This document shows, in pieces, positions 18,953-27,149 of a stretch of 32,000 nucleotides of DNA. Below the pieces are notes generated by a model. The model saw only the letters and a program-made list of their open reading frames with translations, was not told the origin of the DNA and did not search any database. Position 1 is the first letter of the stretch; each line of letters begins with the position of its first letter. Made by a program: the position numbers and the translations under genes. Origin of the DNA: Dickeya solani IPO 2222 (GTDB taxonomy: Bacteria > Pseudomonadota > Gammaproteobacteria > Enterobacterales > Enterobacteriaceae); the NCBI RefSeq assembly GCF_001644705.1, contig NZ_CP015137.1, forward strand, positions 2,850,001 through 2,882,000, written 5' to 3'.

Positions 18953-21900
18953 GTATGTGCTCCGGTATTAAATTCATTCAGGTACTCTGTGACAATCAGG
19001 CGGTTAATCTCAATCGCTGCCTGCGACGTCAGTGTGATATGGTGCCGGTCTTCAAAGTGTTCGATCACGCATGACACTATCTGCTGTTCAAAGTAACTCT
19101 CATTGTTCAGGATCTGGCTGTTGTTCAGCACTTTTTCATCGGCATCCCGCTTGACGTCAGACAGGGCTTCAAAGATTTTACGCTCTGTCGCGCCGAAGCC
19201 GCCGCGCTCCTGCAACCGCTTGTGGGTGCGTGCATACTTGGCATCGCCCCGGTACTTCTGGCGCAGCAGGGTGTTCTGGCGGTTCAGCTCTTTGATGCGG
19301 TCATGGATTTTATTGAGTGTGCCAATATTCGCAACCATTTCGTCCTGCGTGACTTCGCTGAGTTTCTTTTTCTTAAACAGACGTTCCAGCTCTTCCCTCA
19401 GGGTGATGAACCGCGGGTCTTGTTGGTCAAAATTGCTGGCCAGCGCTTCGCGGGTGCGGCGCAGCGTGTCTTTCAGCTTGTCGGCCAGCACCAGTTCTTC
19501 TTCGCCGATTTTAACGAACTTGAAGATAACCTCTTCCAGCGCCCGGTTCAGCAGGTTTGAGGTATCGGCGCCCTGTTCCAGATCCGCCTGCAGATTCAGC
19601 AGATCAAGGTGATGACTGGCTTCACGATACAACAGGTTAAGTTTGCTGAAATCCAGTTCCTGAAGAAATTCGACATTGCCTTGCAGGCGAATCAGGTTAT
19701 ACAGGCTTTTGGCATTGGCTAAGGCGTTTTTCAGCGCCAGCATCGTTTCCCGGTCCTGAATCTGGTTGATTTGGTCGGTAAAGATTTCTGCATTACCGGT
19801 ATCAAAATGGAACAACACATCTTTTATCTGTTCGATTTCCTGGCGGATCTCTTCCTGAGACTTGAACAGCCGGGAATAGTGCTCCATTTCGTCGCCCAGT
19901 TCCGACTGAAGCTCCTCGAAATAGGCTTTATTGGTCGCATCGAATTCCTGACGAATATCGGCAAAATCCACCACGTAGCCGTAGCGGAAATTTTTGTATG
20001 TACGGTTGACGCGGGTCAGCGCCTGGAGCAGGTTGTGCTTGCGGATGACTCGCCCCAGATAGAGTTTTTTCAGGCGTTTTGCGTCAAAACCGGTTAACAA
20101 CATATTGTAAACAAACAATAAATCGATATTCCCTGCTTTGAAGTCATCCACCCACTCTTTGCGTTGCTGCTTCGTCCCCACATCGTGCAGGATTAAGGCG
20201 GCACGTTTGATCTTTCGCTTTTCTCTGGCTTCGGCCGCATAGGCGACGTGTGGTTCAGCGGCGTGTGCCGGCGTTATCTCGTTTTCTGCTTCCAGCGTAG
20301 CGGGCGGTTGCGCGTTATCCGCGTTAAACAAGGCAAACATCTGTTTCGCCTGTTCCGAGCTGTCGCAGATCACCATGCCGCCGATGGTGTCATCATTCTG
20401 TGCGCCCCGGCTGTTGGCAAAATCGGTGGTGATGTAGTCCAGCATCGGCTTAACGAAGCTGGGGTGGGCATACACCCGTTTGCGGTCCACGTCCCCCATT
20501 CGGACTTCAACGTCTTTCAATGCCTGCTGTAACACCATCCGGTAATTGGTGGCGATCTCTTCGCGGATCAGTCGCAACGTATAACCGTCTGCGATGGAGG
20601 CGTTGTAATAGTATTTGTGGATGTAATCGCCAAACAGGTCGCGGGAGTTGTAGTCCGTTCCCAGTAACGGCGTTCCCGTCAGGCCGATTTTGATGGCGTG
20701 GGTGTCCGACAGGCTTAAGTTGGCAAGAAAGCTGCCTTCCGGGTTATAACTGCGGTGAACTTCATCAAGGAAGTACACCCGCTGAATGTTCACATCGTAA
20801 TCTTTGGTGGAGATGACATCCGCGTCGTCCTTGAATTTTTGGATGTTGACGACGGTAATCTCCGCTTTCCCCTGATGATTGTGGATCACCTGAGTGGTTT
20901 TAATCGCGCGGGCGAAGGCGCTACGTGAGTTGATAAGATGCACCGTTAATCCACGGGCGGTGAACTCGCGGTGTGCCTGCTGGAGCAAATCCAGCCTGTC
21001 GACAATGAAATAAAACTTAGGGATCACCTGCTTTTTCTGAAAATAATCAGTCAGAAATCGCACGTTATAGTACGCCAGCGCGGTTTTCCCGCTGCCCTGC
21101 GTATGCCAGATAATGCCTTTGTTGATACCGGCATTCAGTTTGCGCTCAATCGCTTTGGTGGCGAACAATTGCGGATAACGCATGATGTGCTTGTGTAGGC
21201 CGTCTGATTCTGCGACATACACCAACGCATAGCGCAAGATAAACGCCAGGCGTTCCCGGCTTAGCAGCGAGGTACAGATACGATTCGTCGGCCGGTTATG
21301 ATCTTTATTGGTCTGAAATTCAGGGTTGGTGCGAATCACTTCCAGATTATTGTCTTTCAGTACCCTCAGTTCTGCATCATCAGTCAGCGGTTTTAGCAAC
21401 GCCGTCAGATCAAAGGTTTCTTCTTCACGGAAGTAATTGAACACGGGTTCATGGTATGAGCTGCTGGCATAGAAGGCACCCTGAATCGGTTCGGGATCGC
21501 TGTCATCGTACACCATGTTATTGGAGAAAATCATGAACTGGGTGATGTTGGCGAAGCGTCTGAATTTAGGGTTCTGAAAGCGTTTATTGATACGTTCCCG
21601 TTCCGCCAGAATACCCTCCCGGTTATTGGGTTTCTTCACTTCAATGAAAACTAACGGCATGCCATTGATCAATAACGTGATATCGGGGCGGAATTCTTCA
21701 TCGCCATTGGCGCAGGTGAGCTCGGTGACGACATGAAAGCTGTTGTTGTTAAAATTTTCGAAGTCGAACAGTTTTACGTTGGAGCGATCGGTCAGCTTTT
21801 CAAAAAACGCGCGGCCTAAATCTTCGTTATCCAGCAGGAGTTTGATGTCTTTAAACAGGCGACCAATATCGTCAGGGGGAGTGGTGGGGTTAATTCTGGC

Positions 21901-22041
21901 GATAGCGGAAGTAAAAATATCAGGAAAGATGTTGGTGTCTTTATCCCAGCTTTGCTCTTTAAGAGACAGGTAGTGGTAACCCAATTTCATTAAATGAAGG
22001 ATGGTTGGGATTTTAACGCGGGTATCTTCAGTGAATTTCAT
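18946..22041 (-). CDS. hsdR: Type I restriction endonuclease/translocase subunit HsdR
   Basis: 1031 aa. The N-terminal PD-(D/E)xK nuclease core is RPDITLLINGMPLVFIEVKKP. SF2 helicase motif I is HTQGSGKTALA and motif II is FLDEVHRS. A long helical C-terminal domain follows. SD AGGGA upstream. Confidence 0.95.
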   Translation of the reverse strand: MKFTEDTRVKIPTILHLMKLGYHYLSLKEQSWDKDTNIFPDIFTSAIARINPTTPPDDIGRLFKDIKLLLDNEDLGRAFFEKLTDRSNVKLFDFENFNNNSFHVVTELTCANGDEEFRPDITLLINGMPLVFIEVKKPNNREGILAERERINKRFQNPKFRRFANITQFMIFSNNMVYDDSDPEPIQGAFYASSSYHEPVFNYFREEETFDLTALLKPLTDDAELRVLKDNNLEVIRTNPEFQTNKDHNRPTNRICTSLLSRERLAFILRYALVYVAESDGLHKHIMRYPQLFATKAIERKLNAGINKGIIWHTQGSGKTALAYYNVRFLTDYFQKKQVIPKFYFIVDRLDLLQQAHREFTARGLTVHLINSRSAFARAIKTTQVIHNHQGKAEITVVNIQKFKDDADVISTKDYDVNIQRVYFLDEVHRSYNPEGSFLANLSLSDTHAIKIGLTGTPLLGTDYNSRDLFGDYIHKYYYNASIADGYTLRLIREEIATNYRMVLQQALKDVEVRMGDVDRKRVYAHPSFVKPMLDYITTDFANSRGAQNDDTIGGMVICDSSEQAKQMFALFNADNAQPPATLEAENEITPAHAAEPHVAYAAEAREKRKIKRAALILHDVGTKQQRKEWVDDFKAGNIDLLFVYNMLLTGFDAKRLKKLYLGRVIRKHNLLQALTRVNRTYKNFRYGYVVDFADIRQEFDATNKAYFEELQSELGDEMEHYSRLFKSQEEIRQEIEQIKDVLFHFDTGNAEIFTDQINQIQDRETMLALKNALANAKSLYNLIRLQGNVEFLQELDFSKLNLLYREASHHLDLLNLQADLEQGADTSNLLNRALEEVIFKFVKIGEEELVLADKLKDTLRRTREALASNFDQQDPRFITLREELERLFKKKKLSEVTQDEMVANIGTLNKIHDRIKELNRQNTLLRQKYRGDAKYARTHKRLQERGGFGATERKIFEALSDVKRDADEKVLNNSQILNNESYFEQQIVSCVIEHFEDRHHITLTSQAAIEINRLIVTEYLNEFNTGAHTW

Positions 22042-22127
22042 TGTATTCCCTGTTTTATCATGCGCGACTTCTCAGGCCATGCAGCAGCTACCGCCTCAGA
22101 ACGATTAGCAACGACGCTTGTTCGATT

Positions 22128-22324
22128 TATACCCGTCATACTTCAAGTTGCAGGTGCGTTGGCTGCCCTCGCTCACCCCAATCACTTACTTGAGTAAGCT
22201 CCTGGGGATTCGCTCGGTTGCCGCGTCACAAGACTCATTATGAGTCTTGCGCTGAAGGGCCAACGCTTTGCGTTGTTCAAAACGCAACGCGTTTTGTCCT
22301 GAAACTCGAATTATTTTGGTTATA
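22128..22324 (-). repeat. ERIC element, inverted relative to the first copy, with a ~70-bp internal insertion (197 bp total)
   Basis: Collinear with the reverse complement of 14225-14351 from TATACCCGTCATACTTCAAGTTGCAGG to GAAACTCGAATTATTTTGGTTATA. It is interrupted after GGTTGCCGC by a hairpin-rich segment of about 72 nt (22225-22296). Confidence 0.85.
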
Positions 22325-22349
22325 GCTACTATTTGGTTATAGCTACTAT
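22316..22349 (+). repeat. perfect 17-bp tandem duplication at the ERIC-2 terminus
   Basis: ttggttatagctactat occurs twice head-to-tail (22316-22332 and 22333-22349). The first copy includes the last 9 nt of ERIC-2. Confidence 0.9.
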
Positions 22350-22410
22350 GTTACACGTTCCTTTTACGCCAACCGAACAGATTCGTATGCCTTCGCCTGC
22401 AAGCGACTGC

Positions 22411-22437
22411 CGGGCAGACCAACCAGAGGTCTGTCCG
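22411..22437 (-). terminator. stem-loop downstream of rimI (possible holD-rimI terminator)
   Basis: CGGGCAGACC and GGTCTGTCCG form a 10-bp stem (one G-U pair) with a 7-nt loop, about 60 nt after the rimI stop. No U-tract follows, so the function is uncertain. Confidence 0.3.
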
Positions 22438-22494
22438 CCATTTCACATTATCGGCAACTGGAAGGAAACCATCGGAAGATGATAAGGAGGGGCG

Positions 22495-22938
22495 TCAGCC
22501 CAGCGGCAGCGCCATAATGATCGCGTCTTCCCGGCCGCCGGCGGTCGGGTAATAATCTCGCCGCACCGACACGTCGTTAAACCCCATACTCTGATACAGC
22601 GCGATGGCGCGCGCGTTGGATGCGCGCACTTCCAGCCACAGCGTCAGCATGCCGCGGTGCTCCAGTTCGGCGATCAGGTGTTCCAGCAACTGGCGCCCGT
22701 AGCCGTGGCGCTGATGTGTCGGGTCGACGGCGATGTTGAACAGCGTGGCTTCATCCAGCACCACCTGGGTGATGGCGTACGCCACCAACTGCTGGTCGTG
22801 GCACAGTTTCAGGTTGAGGTAACGCTCGCCCTGATTGCTGATGAAGGTTTTTTCGCTCCACGGGAAAGCGTGGCTGAGGCATTCAATCTCAAATGCCCGC
22901 GGCAGGTCAGCTGGGGTTAGGGTGGAAATCATGTTCAT
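22495..22938 (-). CDS. rimI: ribosomal protein S18-alanine N-acetyltransferase
   Basis: 147 aa. AFPWSEKTF..NQGERYLNLKL...FAITQVVLDEATLFNIAVDP...LWLEVRASNARAIALY matches E. coli RimI. It overlaps the holD 3' end by 32 nt. Confidence 0.95.
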   Translation of the reverse strand: MNMISTLTPADLPRAFEIECLSHAFPWSEKTFISNQGERYLNLKLCHDQQLVAYAITQVVLDEATLFNIAVDPTHQRHGYGRQLLEHLIAELEHRGMLTLWLEVRASNARAIALYQSMGFNDVSVRRDYYPTAGGREDAIIMALPLG

Positions 22939-23326
22939 GGTGACAAATCTGTTGCCATAGGGCGCGTTTCGCCCCGGCGTTGTGAGAAAGCTCGGCCAGA
23001 GCCGGGCTGGTCAGTTGTACGCCATCCAACGCCAACGGGTCGGCGGCGGGCGGCCCCAGCCACCAGCTGTGGCAGCGGGTGTGTTCCGGCAGCATCTGCG
23101 CCTGACGCGGCGTCAGGCTGACTATCTGCTGCGGGGAGAGATTCAGGCTGCGCACCACATCCTGCAATAGCGGATCGTCGCTGGCGGGCAGCGGATCGGC
23201 GATGATCAGCAGCCGGGCGTCAGGCGGCAGGCTGACGGCGATCTCGCCTTTCAGCACCGACGGACGACGCAAGGTCCACTGGGTGATCCCCAGTTGCTGC
23301 AACAGCCAGTCCCGTCTTGATGTCAT
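22907..23326 (-). CDS. holD: DNA polymerase III psi subunit
   Basis: 139 aa. MTSRRDWLLQQLGITQWTLRRP...ALWQQICHHEHDF matches E. coli HolD. Confidence 0.93.
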   Translation of the reverse strand: MTSRRDWLLQQLGITQWTLRRPSVLKGEIAVSLPPDARLLIIADPLPASDDPLLQDVVRSLNLSPQQIVSLTPRQAQMLPEHTRCHSWWLGPPAADPLALDGVQLTSPALAELSHNAGAKRALWQQICHHEHDFHPNPS

Positions 23327-23472
23327 GCCTTACTCACTCTGCGTGCGATGGTGGTGCCCGATGATCATGATGATCGCGGTGCGCGATTGTGCGGCGCTAT
23401 GCTAACAAATCGCTGAACATGCGCCAACAAACCACTATAATCCTCGCTCAGTTTATTGAGGAGCCAGACCTG

Positions 23473-24501
23473 ATGTCAGCATTAACCCCCGCCAGTGAAG
23501 TGATACTGCGTCACAGTGATGAATTTGTTTCCCGCCGGGTGCTGTTTGCCGGCGATCTGCAAGATACGCTGCCCGCTAATTTTGATGCAGCCGCCGTCAC
23601 CGTGCACACCACGCAGTATCATCACTGGCAGCAGTTGCAGCCCGTACTGGGCGACAACGTGCACTTCTCGCTGCTGGCACAGGCTGAAACCGTAGCCGGG
23701 TGCGATACCCTGATTTACTACTGGCCGAAAAGCAAACAGGAAGCGCAGTTCCAACTGTTCAACCTGCTGTCACTGCTGCCGGTGGGCTGCGACATTTTCG
23801 TCGTCGGCGAGAACCGTAGCGGGGTACGCAGCGCCGAAGGTATTCTGGAGCCGATTGCCGCCGTCAACAAGATCGACAGCGCCCGCCGCTGCGGCCTGTA
23901 CCACGGTCGTCTGGAAACACCGACTACGTTTGCGCTGGAGGATTGGTGGCTGGAGTATGACGTGGATGGCGTACCGGTACACACACTGCCGGGCGTATTC
24001 AGCCGCGAGGGTCTGGACACCGGCAGCCAATTGCTGCTCTCAACGCTGGAACCGCATCGCAAGGGTAAGGTGCTGGATCTCGCCTGCGGCGCCGGGGTGC
24101 TGGCGGCATCGTTTGCCCGCATATCGCCGAAAATCCGCCTGACGCTAAGCGATGTCGGCGCCGCCGCGCTGGAAGCGAGCCGGTCGACGCTGGCGGCCAA
24201 CGGCCTGGAAGGGCAGGTGATCGCCAGTAACGCGTACTCGGATATTCAGGGGCGTTTTGATCTCATCATCTCCAACCCGCCGTTCCATGACGGCATGCAG
24301 ACTAGCCTGCACGCGGCGGAAGTGATGATTCGCGCCGCCGCCTCTCATCTGAACATAGAAGGCGAACTGCGTATTGTCGCTAACGCTTTTCTGCCGTACC
24401 CGGCACTGCTGGACGAAACCTTCGGCAGCCATGAGGTTATCGCCCAGACCGGTCGTTTCCGCGTTTACCGCGCGGTACTGCGCCGCAATAAGCACCGTTA
24501 A
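23473..24501 (+). CDS. rsmC: 16S rRNA (guanine1207-N2)-methyltransferase
   Basis: 342 aa from ATG 23473 ([18 protein letters not shown]...), with GAGGAG 9 nt upstream. Shows DLACGAGVL and NPPFH motifs and matches E. coli RsmC. The ORF-track start at 23389 is an upstream extension. Confidence 0.93.
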   Translation: MSALTPASEVILRHSDEFVSRRVLFAGDLQDTLPANFDAAAVTVHTTQYHHWQQLQPVLGDNVHFSLLAQAETVAGCDTLIYYWPKSKQEAQFQLFNLLSLLPVGCDIFVVGENRSGVRSAEGILEPIAAVNKIDSARRCGLYHGRLETPTTFALEDWWLEYDVDGVPVHTLPGVFSREGLDTGSQLLLSTLEPHRKGKVLDLACGAGVLAASFARISPKIRLTLSDVGAAALEASRSTLAANGLEGQVIASNAYSDIQGRFDLIISNPPFHDGMQTSLHAAEVMIRAAASHLNIEGELRIVANAFLPYPALLDETFGSHEVIAQTGRFRVYRAVLRRNKHR

Positions 24502-24507
24502 CTGAGT

Positions 24508-24527
24508 CGCCCGGCTTTCACCGGGCG
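24508..24527. terminator. hairpin between convergent rsmC and aldo-keto reductase genes
   Basis: CGCCCGG-CTTTCA-CCGGGCG is a 7-bp GC stem between the two stop codons. No U-tract on either side. Confidence 0.35.
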
Positions 24528-24538
24528 CGATGTTGTGC

Positions 24539-25534
24539 TCAGGCGTTATCGAGCGTTGCCATGCCTTCCTGTCCGTAGCGCGCGCCCGCGGCTGCCTCCG
24601 GCGGGAAGATGGCGTTAATGTCATCCAGCTCGCGTGGCGTCAGCGATACCGACAGCGCGCCGACATTTTCTTCCAGGTAGCGACGGCGTTTGGTGCCGGG
24701 AATCGGCACGATGTGCTCGCCCTGCGCCAGTACCCAGGCCAGTGCCAGCTGCGATGGCGTTACCGCTTTTTCCCGCGCCAGTTGCGTAATTTTTTCCACC
24801 AGTTGCAGGTTTTTAGCGAAGTTTTCGTCGCTGAAGCGCGGGTTGGCGCGTCGGAAATCGTCCGCGGCCAGGGCGTCCCGCCGTTTGATGGCGCCGGTTA
24901 GAAAACCGCGCCCCAGCGGGCTGTAAGGCACAAAACCGATGCCCAGACGGCGGCAGGCAGGCAGGATCTCCGCTTCCACATCCCGCGTCCACAATGAGTA
25001 TTCGCTTTGCAGCGCGGTGATAGGGTGAACGCGGTGCGCGCGTTCCAGCGTGGCGGCGGAGGCTTCGCTCAGGCCGATATAACGAATCTTGCCGGCTTTA
25101 ACCAGATCGGCCAGCGCGCCGACGCTGTCTTCAATCGGCACCGCCGGATCGACGCGGTGCTGGTAATAAAGATCGATGACCTCGACGCCCAGACGTTTCA
25201 GGCTGCCTTCGACCGCCTGGCGGATGTATTCCGGCCGGCCGCAGACGCCGCGCAGGTTCGGGTTGGCCGGGTCGCGCAGAATGCCGAATTTGGTGGACAG
25301 AAACACCTGATCCCGTTTGCCTTTGATCGCCTTTCCCACCAGCATTTCATTGGTGTGAGGGCCGTACATGTCGGCCGTGTCCAGCAAGGTGACGCCTAGC
25401 TCCAGCGCCCGATGCAGGGTGGCGATGGCTTCGGTTTCATCCTGCCCGGGAGAATAGAAGTCGCTCATCCCCATGCAGCCGAGGCCCAGTGCAGATACCG
25501 TTGGCCCCTGTGGGCCCAGTTTTCGTTGTTGCAT
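24539..25534 (-). CDS. aldo/keto reductase family oxidoreductase
   Basis: 331 aa. [21 protein letters not shown] and YYQHR supply the AKR catalytic D-Y-K-H tetrad context. The C-terminal [14 protein letters not shown] motif is present. Confidence 0.9.
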   Translation of the reverse strand: MQQRKLGPQGPTVSALGLGCMGMSDFYSPGQDETEAIATLHRALELGVTLLDTADMYGPHTNEMLVGKAIKGKRDQVFLSTKFGILRDPANPNLRGVCGRPEYIRQAVEGSLKRLGVEVIDLYYQHRVDPAVPIEDSVGALADLVKAGKIRYIGLSEASAATLERAHRVHPITALQSEYSLWTRDVEAEILPACRRLGIGFVPYSPLGRGFLTGAIKRRDALAADDFRRANPRFSDENFAKNLQLVEKITQLAREKAVTPSQLALAWVLAQGEHIVPIPGTKRRRYLEENVGALSVSLTPRELDDINAIFPPEAAAGARYGQEGMATLDNA

Positions 25535-25647
25535 GTTTATTGCTCCGTATCGTTAACCGCGTTTTTCAGTGTGGTTGTTTGAATCAAAAAGATAAATTCG
25601 CAGTTTTATGCAACACTGTTTGTAAAATACAAACAATGGAGCCGGTG

Positions 25648-26550
25648 ATGGATCAGGTTCAGGCTATGCGGGTGTTTGTGCGCATTGTGGAGGCGGAAAG
25701 CTTCAGCCGGGCGGCGGAAAAGCTGGGGCTACCGCGCGCCACCGTCAGCCAGACGCTGAAACGGCTGGAGCTGCGGCTGGGAGTGCGTCTGTTGCAACGT
25801 ACCACCCGTCAGGTACAGGTGACGGACGAAGGCATGCTGTACTACCAGCGCTGTGTGCAGTTGCTGGCGGAAATTGAGGAAACGGACGCGCTGTTTTCCC
25901 GCCAGCGTCAGCAGCCCAGCGGGCGGGTGCGGATTGATATGCCGCATTCGCTGGCCCGGCAGGTGGTGATTCCGTCGTTGCCCGAGTTTTACCGCCGCTA
26001 CCCGCAGATTTCGCTGGTGCTGAGCGCCAACGATTCAGCGATTAACGTGATGCGCGAAGGCGTGGACTGCGTGCTGCGCGCCTGGCAGGTGGATGATGAT
26101 TCGTTGGTGGCGCGTTCGCTGCCGTCGCTGCCGCAGGTCACCTGCGCCTCAGCCGCTTATTGTGCCGAATTCGGCGTGCCCGATACGCTGGAGGCGCTAA
26201 TATCCCACCGTATGGTGGGCTATTTTTCGCTGCGCACATCGCATCGCTACCCGCTGGAGTTCATGCAGCAGGGGCAAATCATCACCCGCACCTTGCCCAG
26301 TCTGGTGGAAATCAACGGCGCCGATGCCTATATCGCCGCCTGTCAGGCCGGAATGGGGATTATTCAGGCGCCTCGCTATGGTCTGGCGTCGTTGCTGGCG
26401 AGCGGCGAACTGGTGGAGATCCTGCCGCAGTTGCCGCCGCCCGATATGCCGCTGTATGTGATGTATCCTTCCGGGCGTTTTCTGGCGCCGCGTATTCGGG
26501 TGGTTATCGAGTGGCTTGCGCAATGCTTCCATCAGGCGCCGTTTGTCTGA
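25648..26550 (+). CDS. LysR-family transcriptional regulator (divergent from the AKR gene)
   Basis: 300 aa from ATG 25648 (MDQVQAMRVFVRIVEAESFSRAAEKLGLPRATVSQTLKRLE), a typical LysR wHTH N-terminus. GGAG lies 6 nt upstream. The ORF-track start at 25489 overlaps the AKR gene and is rejected. Confidence 0.85.
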   Translation: MDQVQAMRVFVRIVEAESFSRAAEKLGLPRATVSQTLKRLELRLGVRLLQRTTRQVQVTDEGMLYYQRCVQLLAEIEETDALFSRQRQQPSGRVRIDMPHSLARQVVIPSLPEFYRRYPQISLVLSANDSAINVMREGVDCVLRAWQVDDDSLVARSLPSLPQVTCASAAYCAEFGVPDTLEALISHRMVGYFSLRTSHRYPLEFMQQGQIITRTLPSLVEINGADAYIAACQAGMGIIQAPRYGLASLLASGELVEILPQLPPPDMPLYVMYPSGRFLAPRIRVVIEWLAQCFHQAPFV

Positions 26551-26595
26551 GTGCTGTTTTTTACAGCAAACGTTGTAACGACATGGAAATAATGA

Positions 26596-26623
26596 TTGAC
26601 GTCGGTGCGAAAATCTCTAGAAT
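26596..26623 (+). promoter_or_regulatory. sigma-70 promoter of the tRNA-Leu operon (stable-RNA type)
   Basis: The -35 is TTGACG (26596-26601) and the -10 is TAGAAT (26618-26623), with a 16-bp spacer. A GC-rich discriminator TCGCCTCC follows and AT-rich DNA lies upstream. It sits about 45 nt before the first tRNA. Confidence 0.6.
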
Positions 26624-26666
26624 TCGCCTCCGTGGTGACATTGTGTGACGTAATGTTGCTTGGTTT

Positions 26667-26752
26667 GCGAAGGTGGCGGAATTGGTAGACGCGCTAGCTT
26701 CAGGTGTTAGTGTCCTTCGGACGTGAGGGTTCAAGTCCCTCTCTTCGCACCA
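26667..26752 (+). tRNA. leuV: tRNA-Leu (anticodon CAG), copy 1
   Basis: 86 nt, GCGAAGGTGGCGGAATTGGTAGACGCGCTAGCTTCAGGTG...TTCAAGTCCCTCTCTTCGCACCA. It has a cloverleaf with a long variable arm, anticodon loop TTCAGGT and an encoded CCA. Near-identical to E. coli leuVPQ tRNAs. Confidence 0.97.
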
Positions 26753-26784
26753 AACTCACCACAGATTTGTATTTCACAGTACCT

Positions 26785-26870
26785 GCGAAGGTGGCGGAAT
26801 TGGTAGACGCGCTAGCTTCAGGTGTTAGTGTCCTTCGGACGTGAGGGTTCAAGTCCCTCTCTTCGCACCA
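26785..26870 (+). tRNA. leuP: tRNA-Leu (anticodon CAG), copy 2
   Basis: Identical 86-nt sequence to copy 1. Confidence 0.97.
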
Positions 26871-26945
26871 CTGGGATACAAATCAAAACCTTGTAGTAGC
26901 AAATTTGCAGTACCGAATATTGCAGTACCAAACGTAGTAAACCGT

Positions 26946-27031
26946 GCGAAGGTGGCGGAATTGGTAGACGCGCTAGCTTCAGGTGTTAGTGTCCTTCGGA
27001 CGTGAGGGTTCAAGTCCCTCTCTTCGCACCA
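26946..27031 (+). tRNA. leuQ: tRNA-Leu (anticodon CAG), copy 3
   Basis: Identical 86-nt sequence to copy 1. Confidence 0.97.
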
Positions 27032-27063
27032 AAATCATCTCAGATTTGTATTTCACAGTACCT

Positions 27064-27149
27064 GCAACGGTGGCGAAATTGCTAGACACGCCGGCTTCAG
27101 GTGTTCGTGCCCTTCAGCGTAAGAGTTAAAATCTCTATCCATCCGAAAA
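27064..27149 (+). pseudogene. decayed fourth tRNA-Leu(CAG) copy (non-functional)
   Basis: GCAACGGTGGCGAAATTGCTAGACACGCCGGCTTCAGGTGTTCGTGCCCTTCAGCGTAAGAGTTAAAATCTCTATCCATCCGAAA aligns end-to-end with the real tRNAs. The acceptor, D and anticodon stems no longer pair, the T-loop is TTAAAAT and there is no CCA. The preceding spacer copies the spacer before tRNA copy 2. Confidence 0.65.

Noticed and set aside
17777-19096. 439-aa plus-strand ORF antisense to hsdM and the hsdR 3' end.
   Set aside because: It is strikingly long, but it fully overlaps the motif-bearing HsdM frame. The translation (runs of V/R/Q/G/F) has no domain signature and no RBS. It is most simply a stop-free shadow frame.
14225-22324. 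The two ERIC copies as the boundaries of a mobile element carrying the R-M system.
   Set aside because: ERIC-1 lies upstream of the core gene deoD inside the deo operon. The compositional island starts only after about 15940. ERICs are non-autonomous dispersed repeats, not known island ends.
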